The notes under the pieces were generated by a model, which did no database searches, had not been told where the DNA came from, and worked only from the letters and a program-made list of their open reading frames with translations. This document shows positions 20,289 to 30,539 of a stretch of 64,000 bases of DNA, piece after piece. Each line of letters opens with the position of its first letter. The stretch's first letter is position 1. Both the position numbers and the translations under genes were made by a program. Source of the DNA: Terrimicrobiaceae bacterium (lineage in GTDB: Bacteria > Verrucomicrobiota > Verrucomicrobiia > Chthoniobacterales > Terrimicrobiaceae); assembly GCA_044342325.1 (NCBI GenBank), contig JBIIPZ010000010.1, positions 16,540 to 80,539 of the forward strand, read 5' to 3'.

Positions 20289-20386
20289 AAAGTTGTGCAC
20301 GACTGGATGGCGATCCCGCTGATTTCAAAACTTCCTGCGCAATACGGCTGAAGGCCGCCTGACTTAGGAACCAACGAGAAGGTGAG
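20281..20386. repeat. 106-bp direct repeat, copy 1 (copy 2 at 24942-25047)
   Basis: Manual alignment, 5 mismatches, offset 4661. Confidence 0.95.
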
Positions 20387-20836
20387 CAGTTCGGTGGGCA
20401 TCTGGGGAGTCAACACCACGCGGTAAGTTTCCCAACTCTCCGTGATCGCAATGGGTGACCATGGCTTGGCGCCCCCCCAGGAGCGCAGGACGCTCAGATA
20501 CTTCGGGCCGGTGAGGCTGCGGGCTTTGAAATGAACCTCAAACGCCTCCTCCGGTTGAAATGTGCGGGGCAGGGTGAAGATCGCCCCGGCGTGCTGGCTC
20601 CAGGCATCTTTGTGAAACGGCCCGGAGAGCGTGACGGCGAGGACATCGCCTTCAAATCCATCCACCGCCGGATCCGCCTTACGCCAGCCAAGAAACTCGG
20701 GTGCGGGCAGCCATTCCGCGATCTTGTCTTCAAGGATAGACGGCTTCCGAGCGCTCCAGCAATCCCTGTCCGCCGCGAGACCGGGAAAGCAGAACAATAA
20801 AAAGAAAACCAGGATGCGGATGGTTGATGGCAACAT
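20285..20836 (-). CDS. Small secreted protein, probable carbohydrate-binding jelly-roll domain
   Basis: Signal peptide MLPSTIRILVFFLLFCFPGLAA; FEVHFKARS and ITESWETYRV motifs similar to CBM4/9 folds. Confidence 0.5.
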   Translation of the reverse strand: MLPSTIRILVFFLLFCFPGLAADRDCWSARKPSILEDKIAEWLPAPEFLGWRKADPAVDGFEGDVLAVTLSGPFHKDAWSQHAGAIFTLPRTFQPEEAFEVHFKARSLTGPKYLSVLRSWGGAKPWSPIAITESWETYRVVLTPQMPTELLTFSLVPKSGGLQPYCAGSFEISGIAIQSCTTL

Positions 20837-20847
20837 GGAAAGAATGG

Positions 20848-21117
20848 TCAATCGGCGATCTGGCATGTGGATGGCAGGTCGCGGAAGGAGGTGAATCGGG
20901 GCCCGCCAGGCGTGCGCGGTTGGTGAAGCACCCGCTCCAACGAGTTTTCGGCAATGAGGAAATCATCCACGAAGAGCTGGAGCCCCAGATCGATCGGGAT
21001 GACTGATGGCGGGCTCTCAAGGTATGGCGCCGGCATCGAAGCGTCCGACGCGGGCTCTATCCCGCGAGGCGGCCACTCCTCCGGCAGATGGATTCCATTG
21101 GGTAAGGTCGAGGCCAC
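20848..21117 (-). pseudogene. N-terminal fragment of a five-bladed-propeller (GH32-like) hydrolase
   Basis: NGIHLPEEWPPR...MPAPYLESPPSVIPIDLGLQLFVDDFLI...LERVLHQP is the start of a much longer protein family; the ORF ends soon after. Confidence 0.6.
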
Positions 21118-21142
21118 GGAGATCGTTAACCGTTTTTTGCAA

Positions 21143-24100
21143 TCACGGGTTCACCTGCACCTCATCCCACTCGGCGGGTTCGAGGCGGCTTTCGTTCGGG
21201 ACATCCTTGAGGACATTGGACGAGAAGCTCCGGTTCTTGAGATAGGCACGGGCCATTGCCGAGGTGCCAACCTCGTTGCCGAAGATGTAGCCGAGATCCA
21301 TGCGAACCGGCGTGCCGGCTTTGAGAGTCACACCAAGCAACTCGAGCGGAATGGTCGCGACGGCGGTGAATCCAGACGGCGTCTTCGTGTATTTCAGTTC
21401 GACGCCCTGGACGATATTGATCTCGTCGAACGACTCCTTGCCAGTCGGCGAGGTGAGCACGATCGATTCGCCGCTGAATCCTTTGACCTTCGGGCGGAAG
21501 AGAACGGCGTAGGTCGCAGGCTTCTTGCCATCGGCTCCGGGTTGGCGGGTCACGAGCAGGCGGACATCGCCTGCTGCGGGTGTCTTGCGGGCCGGGTCGG
21601 CGGAAGGGTCGGCGGCGATCTGGATGTCGAGGCAGTTGCCCGCCTTGAAGAGGAGCTTCGGCTCGGTGTTCGCATTGAGCAACTCGGCGGGCGAGGTCAC
21701 CTCGTAGCTGACATAGAGGTTTTTTTCGTCATAAGCCGCGGCAGCCTTGAATCCCCTGGCGCCATCGACATCGCGCGGGATCAATGCCGCATTTTTCAGG
21801 GAATCCAGGCCCTTGGTGAGGACGAGCTTCTGCGACGAGGAGTTCTTGGCGTTGAAATCGGCGATCGCATCGGAAGCGATTTTGGCCTCCTCCTCGCCCA
21901 GAGTGAACTTCCACTCTGGCAGCGGCTGAATGGTATCAAGCCCGAGAACCTCGGTGACGCGGGAATCCTGGCCTCCGGCCAGAATGAAGGTGCGCGGCGC
22001 GGTGCCGGGCTTGGTCACCAAGCGGACCATGGAGCCGCCTTGCCCTTCGGGTTGGTGCATTTCCATATCGGAGTCGGCGGCGGTGCGACCGTCCTTGCCG
22101 ATGGCGGCGGCATAAATGCCGTTGCGCAGGAAGAGGTGGCAGACGCCGAAGTAGGTCATGTTGCCGAAGACATCACCTGCCACACCGAGGGCGCCCGTGG
22201 TCCCCCAGAGGCGACCGGCCCGGACGGGCGGGAGGCCGAGGGATTTGTTCCACTGCTCCACAAACGGGTAGCCCCATTCCATCTTGCCTTCGGGGCTCCA
22301 CTTGGCAAGCGAGGGCGTCTTGCCGTTCGCGAGGGTGTAGATCGAGCCCTCCGGATCCAGCCAGAGGTAGCCGACTCCAGCCGCCGTGCCGGTAAGGAAG
22401 GTCGCCTCAAGTTTGGAGGCATCGTAAACCGGTTGGCCATTGGCCTGGATGCTGACCGGCTTGAGCTTGTGCCCCCCGTTGAGCCATATTGTCAGATCGG
22501 CGGAGATGTCCCTGATAGTTAGGCGGTTCTTCCACTTCTTATCCAAAGGCTGGAATTCCTCGGGTTGGATCCGTTGGTCCTCATTGAGGTCTTGCCAGAG
22601 ATAGTTGCCGTCTGGGAGCTTGGTGGCATCGCCAAAATCTTTCCATTCAACCTCCTTGCGATCGACCTTGTAGACGGCCAGGAACGGTTTGAAGAGATCG
22701 CCCTCGCGACGATAAAACGCCGAGGCGCGGCTGGGATCCACGAGGCCCCAGCCGTATTGGCGCTTCTCCTTGGTGGTGAACATCCTGAAGCCCTGCGGAT
22801 AGGCATGGACATGCGGCTCGCCGACCATATCAGGCAGGGTTTTACGCCAGATCGTCGTGATCGGGGTCGTGGTTTTCTTGTCCCAATCGATCTTCCAGAG
22901 CACATTGTGGGTGTAAATCTCGTCTGGAACCGCAGGGTCTATGGTGGCGTAGCCGAAGTAGCTGCTGCTTCCGAAGAATTCCTTCTCGAATGCTCCGGTG
23001 CCAGCATTCCACACGCTGATGCGCTTCGGTCCGTCGGCCTCCTCGGCCACCCAGAGGCGGCCCTGTGCATCGATGGCAATGCCGTCCGGCATGAACATTC
23101 CTTTGGCATCGAAGCGCCCCTTCGCAGGACGACCGCCCGACTTGCCGATACTGCGGAGGAACTTGCCCGAGGCGTCATACACAGTCACATCGTTTCGGTT
23201 CCCCTGGTTGCTGACATAGATGAGTCCCTTGGCATCGACGGCGATGCCCGAGGGAGTATCAAGATTCTTGTCGCCCAGCGGCGTCGCCTTGCCATCCTTC
23301 ACGGCCACGAGTTTTCCGTCACTGATACCGACGAGCGAGCCATCGGGGCGTGCGGCCAGGACGCCGGGTTTCGGAATCTCCCACTGCGCCTCGGGCTTGC
23401 CGGTCGTGCTGTCAAAGACGCCGATCAGGTTGCGTGCCCCGTAGCTGACGAAGAGTTTACCGTTGGCACAGGCGATGCCGGTGACCTTGTTGCTTTCCTT
23501 GTCGCCGCCTTCGGGGGCTTTCACTTCCGACTCGCCACCGAAATCAAGCGGACGGCCATCGGCCAGGTCAAAAGCTTTGATGCCCTCCGAAGACTGGAAG
23601 CCTGCCGGCTCGAAGAGAAAAAAACGCTTGCCGTCATTGGCAATGTAAGTCGCGGTGTTTTTGATTCCCCATTGCTTGCGCCCCTCGGCATCGACCCGGA
23701 TGACGCCCCAGCCATACTCGGCGCCTTCCCATGCGAGTAGCATCCCGCCGTCCACCGCCGAGCAACCCGTCGGCGGACCGTGATCCCCTCCCCAGCCGCC
23801 CTTGTTGTCGGCCGTCGGATACGGAGGCACTCCGGCGTTATGCACAGAGAACTGGAACTCTCCCTTGATCGGATCGTGGATGATCCCCTTCACCGTGTAG
23901 GTTCCGGGCAGGATAGGCTTAGCGTTGTCATCCATGCCATCCCACTCCTCGGTGTTCTGGCCCTTGCTGCGGGCGGCCTGCGCGACCATCGTGCGTCGAA
24001 TCAGGTTCTGGTCATCAAAAAGCTGAATGGTCACCTCGCCGTCCCGTGGCAACTCGTAGGTGAACTTCAGCGGATTTGGCTTGGCCTGCGGCACGCCTGC

Positions 24101-24949
24101 TTCGACGAGTTCCTTGGCCACCTGGCCATTTTCCGAGAAAATGATTTTTCCCCAGACCCCGGTGTTTTGATAAACAAAGCCCGGCCCGCTCATCACATCA
24201 TAGGCCCAGGCAGCGCCGCCGCCTGTCTTCAGCCCGTCTGGCCGTCCCCAGTTGAACTGCACCGTTCCGGCCACGATGTTGCCGCCCTTGAGCGGAGCCT
24301 TGGCACCAAGTGTGCTCCAGGGAATGCGGTATTCGAAGGTGTATCCCTTCCCGTCCGCCATCTTTGTATACTTGCCCTTGTAAAGGTCGTTCGGAATGAC
24401 TCCAAACGGAGCCCATTCCGGACGCGGCGTGCGGTAGGTCATGCCTAGTTGCATGGCGATGCACGCCTCGTCGCGGTCGGTGTAGTGCCAGAGCGTAAGG
24501 TGGACGATATCGTCGCGCGTGTCCTGCTGCGTATTCTTGGGATCCTTGTATTGAAAGGTTGTTTGCTGGATGGGATACGGTTGGGCGGGATCCACCGTGA
24601 GACGGAACTGGCACGAATCGGCATCCCAGCCCCGGTTTCCGTTCGCTTTGGGGTCCTGACGATTCATCATCGGCGAAGTGTCGCGCACCTCGGCGGCGAG
24701 GTAGAGCGCCTCACTGTCATACATGAGGGCAAATTTCGCACCCTGGGAATCCTTCCCGTCCGCCACCACGAACATGTCGATCTCGCCGGAGAGATCCCAA
24801 TCGTCGAGCTTGCCATCAAGCTCGACCTTGCCGGGAGTAGGCACGGCATAAAGTTGCTTGTGGCGGCCCAGCCCGGTTTCCTGGGCGTGGAGCGTGACGA
24901 GGGATTGAACGGCGAGGAGGGCGGTTGTGAGGAGGTATCGGAGTTTCAT
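21143..24949 (-). CDS. Secreted sugar-binding (CBM9-like) + FlgD-Ig + NHL/beta-propeller protein, paralog 1
   Basis: Signal peptide, LDGKLDDWD, YTFEYRIPW, EEWDGMDD...PGTY, PSGIAVDAKGLIYV and PDGIAIDAQGRLWVAE NHL-like repeats. Confidence 0.78.
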   Translation of the reverse strand: MKLRYLLTTALLAVQSLVTLHAQETGLGRHKQLYAVPTPGKVELDGKLDDWDLSGEIDMFVVADGKDSQGAKFALMYDSEALYLAAEVRDTSPMMNRQDPKANGNRGWDADSCQFRLTVDPAQPYPIQQTTFQYKDPKNTQQDTRDDIVHLTLWHYTDRDEACIAMQLGMTYRTPRPEWAPFGVIPNDLYKGKYTKMADGKGYTFEYRIPWSTLGAKAPLKGGNIVAGTVQFNWGRPDGLKTGGGAAWAYDVMSGPGFVYQNTGVWGKIIFSENGQVAKELVEAGVPQAKPNPLKFTYELPRDGEVTIQLFDDQNLIRRTMVAQAARSKGQNTEEWDGMDDNAKPILPGTYTVKGIIHDPIKGEFQFSVHNAGVPPYPTADNKGGWGGDHGPPTGCSAVDGGMLLAWEGAEYGWGVIRVDAEGRKQWGIKNTATYIANDGKRFFLFEPAGFQSSEGIKAFDLADGRPLDFGGESEVKAPEGGDKESNKVTGIACANGKLFVSYGARNLIGVFDSTTGKPEAQWEIPKPGVLAARPDGSLVGISDGKLVAVKDGKATPLGDKNLDTPSGIAVDAKGLIYVSNQGNRNDVTVYDASGKFLRSIGKSGGRPAKGRFDAKGMFMPDGIAIDAQGRLWVAEEADGPKRISVWNAGTGAFEKEFFGSSSYFGYATIDPAVPDEIYTHNVLWKIDWDKKTTTPITTIWRKTLPDMVGEPHVHAYPQGFRMFTTKEKRQYGWGLVDPSRASAFYRREGDLFKPFLAVYKVDRKEVEWKDFGDATKLPDGNYLWQDLNEDQRIQPEEFQPLDKKWKNRLTIRDISADLTIWLNGGHKLKPVSIQANGQPVYDASKLEATFLTGTAAGVGYLWLDPEGSIYTLANGKTPSLAKWSPEGKMEWGYPFVEQWNKSLGLPPVRAGRLWGTTGALGVAGDVFGNMTYFGVCHLFLRNGIYAAAIGKDGRTAADSDMEMHQPEGQGGSMVRLVTKPGTAPRTFILAGGQDSRVTEVLGLDTIQPLPEWKFTLGEEEAKIASDAIADFNAKNSSSQKLVLTKGLDSLKNAALIPRDVDGARGFKAAAAYDEKNLYVSYEVTSPAELLNANTEPKLLFKAGNCLDIQIAADPSADPARKTPAAGDVRLLVTRQPGADGKKPATYAVLFRPKVKGFSGESIVLTSPTGKESFDEINIVQGVELKYTKTPSGFTAVATIPLELLGVTLKAGTPVRMDLGYIFGNEVGTSAMARAYLKNRSFSSNVLKDVPNESRLEPAEWDEVQVNP

Positions 24950-25047
24950 AAGGTTGTGTATGACTGGATGGCGAGCCCGCTGATTTCAAAACTTCCGGCG
25001 CAATACGGCTGAAGGCCGCCTGACTTAGGAACCAACGAGAAGGTGAG
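24942..25047. repeat. 106-bp direct repeat, copy 2: orphan 3' end of the 20285-20836 gene
   Basis: Near-identical to 20281-20386. Confidence 0.95.
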
Positions 25048-25049
25048 TT

Positions 25050-26700
25050 TTATTTTACGGATTCAGATTTCGTGGAGTAGCGGAGGTCGTCTAGGCTGTC
25101 GCCATCAATTCCAAGGAGGTTGGCGGCAAACTGCCATTGCCAGTTACAGTGGTTGGACTTGATGACGAGGGTATTTTCCCCTTTTTTCAAAACGGCATCC
25201 ACAACGACCTTGCGGTTTTCTTTGAGCTGGGGATCCTGCGTCAAATCCTTTTCATAAATCAGGTTACCATTGAGCCAGACGCCGAGATGAATACGGGCCG
25301 CAAGGCCTTTGGTGGTGAGTTCGAGCTTCACAGGGCGTTCGCGGTCACTGTGAATCCATCTCGCTGCATAGCCGCCTTCGAAGGTCACCCCATTCGAGAT
25401 AGCAGCATAGTCGATGCTCCCCGGGTCTGCTCCACCGGTGAGATTCACGCTTGGGTAGAGCTTACGCCAGGTCAGGATGGTGTTTTTGCCGCAATCGATC
25501 GGGGCGGTGAAGTCACCTCCCTTTACAATAACTTCATCCACAGGTGAAACAGAAGCCTTGGAATCAAATTCCAGCGGAGACTGTTTCCATGGTTGAACTA
25601 ATCCGGCGGCCACGAGCCATGGTGCGGAAATGGAAACCTCGCTTTGTCGAACCTCTTCTCCGCTGCGGCCTTCGAGTTTGAGGAGGTTCCTCAACTTGGT
25701 AGGCTTTCCCTTGACGATGAAGCTCCCGCTTGTGCCCTGACTTTGATCAGGCGTCGCGCTCCAACCTTCGGGAAGGGAGATTTTCACCGTCGGGCTTGAC
25801 GCAGGCTGGCCCGGCTTTTTCGCCCACCAATAGCGGATCAGGTAGGAATCGGGTTCATCCAGCACCTGGACATCGTAGGAGAGCCCATTGGCTTTTTCGG
25901 TGGCCTTAAGAAGAGCGGGTTTGATGCGTTGTTCCAGAAGCACATTGGCAGCCTCCTCCTCGCCAAGACCGCGAAGCATTCCGACGGCCACGGCTTGGTT
26001 ACCGATAGCGTCGGGATGAATGTAATCGCGCGTGATGTGATACTCGGGTGAGAGTTCACGCCCCATGGCCAACACCTCCCAGCAGGCTTGACTCGTCGGC
26101 GCCACCACCGCCCCCATCTCTTTGGCGAGTGCTTTCAAACGCTCATTCATCCGATGGATTTGCTGGTTTTTAAATGTCGAAGGATCCTCGGTGAACATCG
26201 TTACAGAGCCAAAAACAACGGCTTTGGGTTTCGCCCTTTCCATGAGTGATTCCACAAGTTTGCGATAACTTCCGATCCACTTGTCGAGATCCTCATCGGT
26301 GCCGCCGATATAGGGAGCAAGGACATCATTCATGCCAAGCATCACAACCAGCACATCCGCCGGTTGGTTCAGATTCGCCTGCACACCGACATTCTTGACA
26401 TCCAGAAAAGCCTCGGCCGTGCGGCTTTTGTTTTCGCAAGCAATCCAATTTCCGACCCCCCATGCCACTTCCTCCAAGCGCAACCAATTGGGGCGTAGCC
26501 TCCGGATACACCTGCTTCAGAGCCCACTCCATCTGAAAGCAATACCCAGCCCCAAGCCACCCCCCTCCTTGACCGGTGATGCTATCGCCGACAAACACCA
26601 CCCGCCCGTTGCCGTTCTGCAGTATCGGTTTGAAATCTGCTCGGACGAGCGCGGTGAAAAGTAAAAAAAGAACTGCAAATAGTGAGATATTTTTTTTCAT
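25050..26700 (-). pseudogene. Secreted SGNH/GDSL hydrolase with C-terminal beta domain, split by a +1 frameshift
   Basis: MKKNISLF...FVGDSITG...LGGSGMG in one frame; VGNW...MLGMND...DYIHP in another; switch at the C6 run 26456-26461. Confidence 0.85.
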
Positions 26701-26737
26701 ATGCTTAGAAGCGTTCAATTTTGGGTGTTCAAGGCAT

Positions 26738-29700
26738 TCACTCCACCGCCGCCTCGCCCCATTCCTTGGGTTCGAGACGCGCTTCGTTCGGGATGTCGTC
26801 GATGACATTTGCCGAGAAGCTATTATTGGAGAGGTAGGCGCGGCGCACCGCCTTGCCGACGCCCTGGGCGTTGCCGAAGATGTAACCGAGGTCCATCTTG
26901 AGCTTCTGGCCCGGCTCGAGCTTCAGCCGCAAGACCTCCAGTGGGATCGAGAGTTTCGCTTGGAAGCCTTTGTCCGTCTTCTCAATGGTGAGGGGGACAT
27001 CCTCCAAGAAGCGGATTTCGTCGAAACTCTCCTTGCCGGTCGGCGAGTTGAAGACCATCGGCTCGCCCTTGAAGTCCTTCACCTTCGGGAAGTAGACGGT
27101 CGCGAGCGGCTTGCCCTGATGCTGCGTCACGAGCACCCTCACCGGCTCGCCAAGGTTGTTCTCCAGCTGGATATCGAGGCAGTTGCCGCCTTTGAAAAGC
27201 AGCTTCGGGTCCGGCACGGTGTTGAGCAGCGGCGTTGGTGAGGTGACATCGTATTCGATAAGCAGGTTCTTGTCGTCACGGGCCAACTTCGTCTTGAAGC
27301 CCCAGCCGTTTTCCAACTCCTTCTGCACAGTCTTGGCGGCCGCAAGGTCCTTGCCGATCACGATCCGGTTGCCGGCTGCGATCGCCATCTTGTATTCCCG
27401 CTGCGCCTGCTCGGCCTTTGCGGCCAACTCCGGGGTGTGCACATAGGTGCCGCCGGGCAGATCCTTGATCGTGTCCAGACCGATCACTTCCCACACGCGG
27501 GCATCCTGCCCTCCGCCGATTGCGAAGTAGCGCTCCTTGCCCTCGATATTGAGCTTGCCGAAATAGCCACCCTGCCCTTCCGGCTGCCCCTCATCCTGGC
27601 CGCGGTTGAGCATGAGGCGGCCATCTTTGAGCAGCGCCCCCACATACATGCCGTCGGTGCGGAAGATATGGTTGGGGCCGAAGTAGGTCTGGAAAACAAG
27701 GAAGTCGCCGCCCTTGCCCATGCACTTGGTCATGCCCCAGAGCCTGCCGGGTCCGGTGACACCCAGGTTCAACGCACCATGCCACTGTTTGATGCCACTG
27801 TAGCCCCAGAGCGGATTGCCATCCTTGGCGAAGCGATTCAACCGACCCGCATCAATGTTGTAACTGACGATGCCGCCGTCTTCCATTGGAATGGCGCTAT
27901 AACCGACAGGCATCGGGTATTTCTCCGCCTTGGCGAGATCGTATTTCGGGATGCCGTTCTCCACGCTCACCGGCTTGAGCAGGTAGCCATTGCTGAGCAG
28001 CACGGAAAGATCAGGGAAGACATTGGCGATATTGAACCGCTCGAGCTTCGTGCCCTTGAGCGGAACGACCTCCTCCGGCTGCACGCAGAAGTCGCCGTTC
28101 TGATCCTGCCAAAAATACTCGCCCTGCGGGTATTTCGCCCGGTCGTCATCCATGAACGGGATACCGGCCGGTCCAATGTAGGCGTAGCCGACATGGATCA
28201 TGCTCATGGTCGGCTTGAAAAGGTCACCGTCGCGGTAGAACAGCCCCGAAAAGTGAGCGTATTTGTTGCCGTAGAGATATTGGCGGCCGTTGGCAGCGGT
28301 GAGGATCCGTGAGTTCCCATCATGGGCCCCGGCCCCCAATGCGGGCACCATGTCCGGCGATGTCTTCCGCCAGATCGTGGTCTCGGGCGTGACCTTGTAG
28401 TTCTTCCAATCGATCTTCCAGAGCACATTGTGCACGAGCACCTCGTCAGGCTTCGCTGGGTCGATGCAGCCGTAGGCGAAATAGTCGCTGCCGCCAAAAA
28501 ACTCCTTTTTGAAGGCTCCGGTCTTCGCGTCCCAAACGCTGATCCGCTTCGGGGAGTCGGTGGTTTCCGGCACCCAGAGCTGGCCAGTCTTGTCCACCGT
28601 GATTCCACCGGGCATATAGATGCCGAGTGGGTCATACTGGCCCTTCGCGGGCCGTCCGCTCTCCTTGCCGATGCTGCGGAGGTATTTTCCGGTCGCATCG
28701 AAGACCGACACATTCATGAGCTTCCCGGCATTGGCCACGAAGATCATGTTCTCAAACGCGGCGATGGCGGCGGGCTTGTCGAGGTTCTCCACAATCGTCA
28801 AAACCGGCTTGCCATCCTTCAACACGAGAACCTTTCCTTCACTGATCACGGCCAAAGAGCCGTCGGAGAGCACGGCGAGCCGCTCGGGCGAGGGTGCCGC
28901 CCAGGTCCCGAGCAGGCCTCCGGTCTTCGGATCAAAACGCCCGATCAGGTTGCGGGCCTTGTAGCTGGCGAAGAGCGTTTTGCCGTCGCAGGCGAGTCCG
29001 GTGACAATATTTGCTTTGTCGTCGCCGCCGGGGGGCGCTGCGATCTCATTCTTGCCTCCAAGCTGGATCGGTCGCGCCTCCTTGGCAGTCATCAGCTGGA
29101 TGTTTAGACTCTTCGTAAATCCATGACCTCCAGCCGAGAATACCGTTATACCGTCCGTCGCCAAATAGGTGGCATCGAAGTTGCACCCCCACTGCTTCTT
29201 GCCGTCGAAATCGGTGCGGATCACGCCCCATCCGTATTCGCTGCTATCCCAGGCCAGGAGCACGCCATCGTTGAAGGCAAAGGCGGCCCGAGGCATGCCG
29301 TGGTCGGCACCCCAGCCTCCTTTGCCGTCAACGGTCGGATACGCCGGCTGGCCGGAGTTGTGGACGCTGAAGCGATACTCAGCCTTCACCGGCTTGTGGT
29401 AGATGCCCCGCCAGGTATAGTTTCCTGCTGGGAGCAGATTGCCGTTGTCGTCGCAGCCGTCCCACCGCTCGGTATTCGTCCCACCGAGCCTCTCCTGCTG
29501 CGGCACGAGGATGCGGACGTTTTCGTTCTTCTCGTTGAAGAGTTGGATCGTGGTCTCACTGTCCTCGGGCAGCGTGTAAGTGAAGTCGAGCGGCAGTGGC
29601 CGGTCGGGCGGCACACCCTCCAGAACGAGCTTGCGATCTACCTGGCCCGCCGGAGAGAAGACGAGCTTGCCCCAGCACTTCGTGCTCTGGAAAGGAAAAC

Positions 29701-30466
29701 CAGCCTCGCGCAGGAGGTCATAGGCCCAAGCCGCTCCCCCGGCGGTCATCTGCCCGTCTGGCTGCGAGTAGTTGAACTGCACCGTGCTCGCCACCACATC
29801 CTCGGCTTTGAGCGGTGCCTTGGCATTGAGCGTCTTCCAGGGAATGCGGTATTCGAAGGAGTAGCCGGTGCCGTCGGGCCGTTTGAGATACTTGGCCTGG
29901 AATTGATCCTGCGGCACCAACCCGCGCGGGGCGTTAACTGGCTCGCGGTAGGTCATGCCGAGCTGCATGGCCATCTGCGGTTCGCCCGTGCCAGTGTAAT
30001 TCCAAAGCGTGAGGTGGACGATGTCGTCGCGTTTCTCCGTCGGGTCGTTCGTCCCCTTGTATTTGAAGGTGCTCTCGTCGAAAATCGGATAGCCGACTGC
30101 CGGATCGGTGGTGAGCCGGAACTGGCAGGAATCGGCGTTCCAGCCTTGTCGCGGATCGGTGCGCGGATCGCGCATGTTCATCATAGGACTCGGGTCATTG
30201 ACATCCGCGCCAAGGTAGAGCGCTTCGGCGTCATACATGATGGCAAACTTCGCGTTCATTGTGCCGCGCGTCGCCTGAATGACGAACATCTCGATCTCGC
30301 CGGAGAGATCCCAGTCGTCGAGCTTGCCATCGATCGTCACCTTGCCAGGGGTCGGCACGGCGTAGAGCTGCTTGTGCCTTCCACGCCCGTTGTCTTGGGC
30401 GTGAAGCGGGACGCATGTCTGAGCAGCCAAAAGGCTGGTGGCTAAGAGGAGGTATCGGAGTTTCAT
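26738..30466 (-). CDS. Secreted sugar-binding + FlgD-Ig + NHL/beta-propeller protein, paralog 2
   Basis: Collinear with 21143-24949 from MKLRYLL and GRHKQLYAVPTPGKV through to PNE.RLEP.EW. Confidence 0.8.
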   Translation of the reverse strand: MKLRYLLLATSLLAAQTCVPLHAQDNGRGRHKQLYAVPTPGKVTIDGKLDDWDLSGEIEMFVIQATRGTMNAKFAIMYDAEALYLGADVNDPSPMMNMRDPRTDPRQGWNADSCQFRLTTDPAVGYPIFDESTFKYKGTNDPTEKRDDIVHLTLWNYTGTGEPQMAMQLGMTYREPVNAPRGLVPQDQFQAKYLKRPDGTGYSFEYRIPWKTLNAKAPLKAEDVVASTVQFNYSQPDGQMTAGGAAWAYDLLREAGFPFQSTKCWGKLVFSPAGQVDRKLVLEGVPPDRPLPLDFTYTLPEDSETTIQLFNEKNENVRILVPQQERLGGTNTERWDGCDDNGNLLPAGNYTWRGIYHKPVKAEYRFSVHNSGQPAYPTVDGKGGWGADHGMPRAAFAFNDGVLLAWDSSEYGWGVIRTDFDGKKQWGCNFDATYLATDGITVFSAGGHGFTKSLNIQLMTAKEARPIQLGGKNEIAAPPGGDDKANIVTGLACDGKTLFASYKARNLIGRFDPKTGGLLGTWAAPSPERLAVLSDGSLAVISEGKVLVLKDGKPVLTIVENLDKPAAIAAFENMIFVANAGKLMNVSVFDATGKYLRSIGKESGRPAKGQYDPLGIYMPGGITVDKTGQLWVPETTDSPKRISVWDAKTGAFKKEFFGGSDYFAYGCIDPAKPDEVLVHNVLWKIDWKNYKVTPETTIWRKTSPDMVPALGAGAHDGNSRILTAANGRQYLYGNKYAHFSGLFYRDGDLFKPTMSMIHVGYAYIGPAGIPFMDDDRAKYPQGEYFWQDQNGDFCVQPEEVVPLKGTKLERFNIANVFPDLSVLLSNGYLLKPVSVENGIPKYDLAKAEKYPMPVGYSAIPMEDGGIVSYNIDAGRLNRFAKDGNPLWGYSGIKQWHGALNLGVTGPGRLWGMTKCMGKGGDFLVFQTYFGPNHIFRTDGMYVGALLKDGRLMLNRGQDEGQPEGQGGYFGKLNIEGKERYFAIGGGQDARVWEVIGLDTIKDLPGGTYVHTPELAAKAEQAQREYKMAIAAGNRIVIGKDLAAAKTVQKELENGWGFKTKLARDDKNLLIEYDVTSPTPLLNTVPDPKLLFKGGNCLDIQLENNLGEPVRVLVTQHQGKPLATVYFPKVKDFKGEPMVFNSPTGKESFDEIRFLEDVPLTIEKTDKGFQAKLSIPLEVLRLKLEPGQKLKMDLGYIFGNAQGVGKAVRRAYLSNNSFSANVIDDIPNEARLEPKEWGEAAVE

Positions 30467-30539
30467 CGGGTTTTTAAGGGTGAGTGTTTGTTGGATGTGA
30501 TTGTGGGTTTGGACGCGTTGGGTGTTAAAAATTTGGAGT

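Noticed and set aside
20281..25047. Diversity-generating retroelement TR/VR pair
   Set aside because: The 5 mismatches are not confined to adenines of either copy on either strand, and no reverse transcriptase is present
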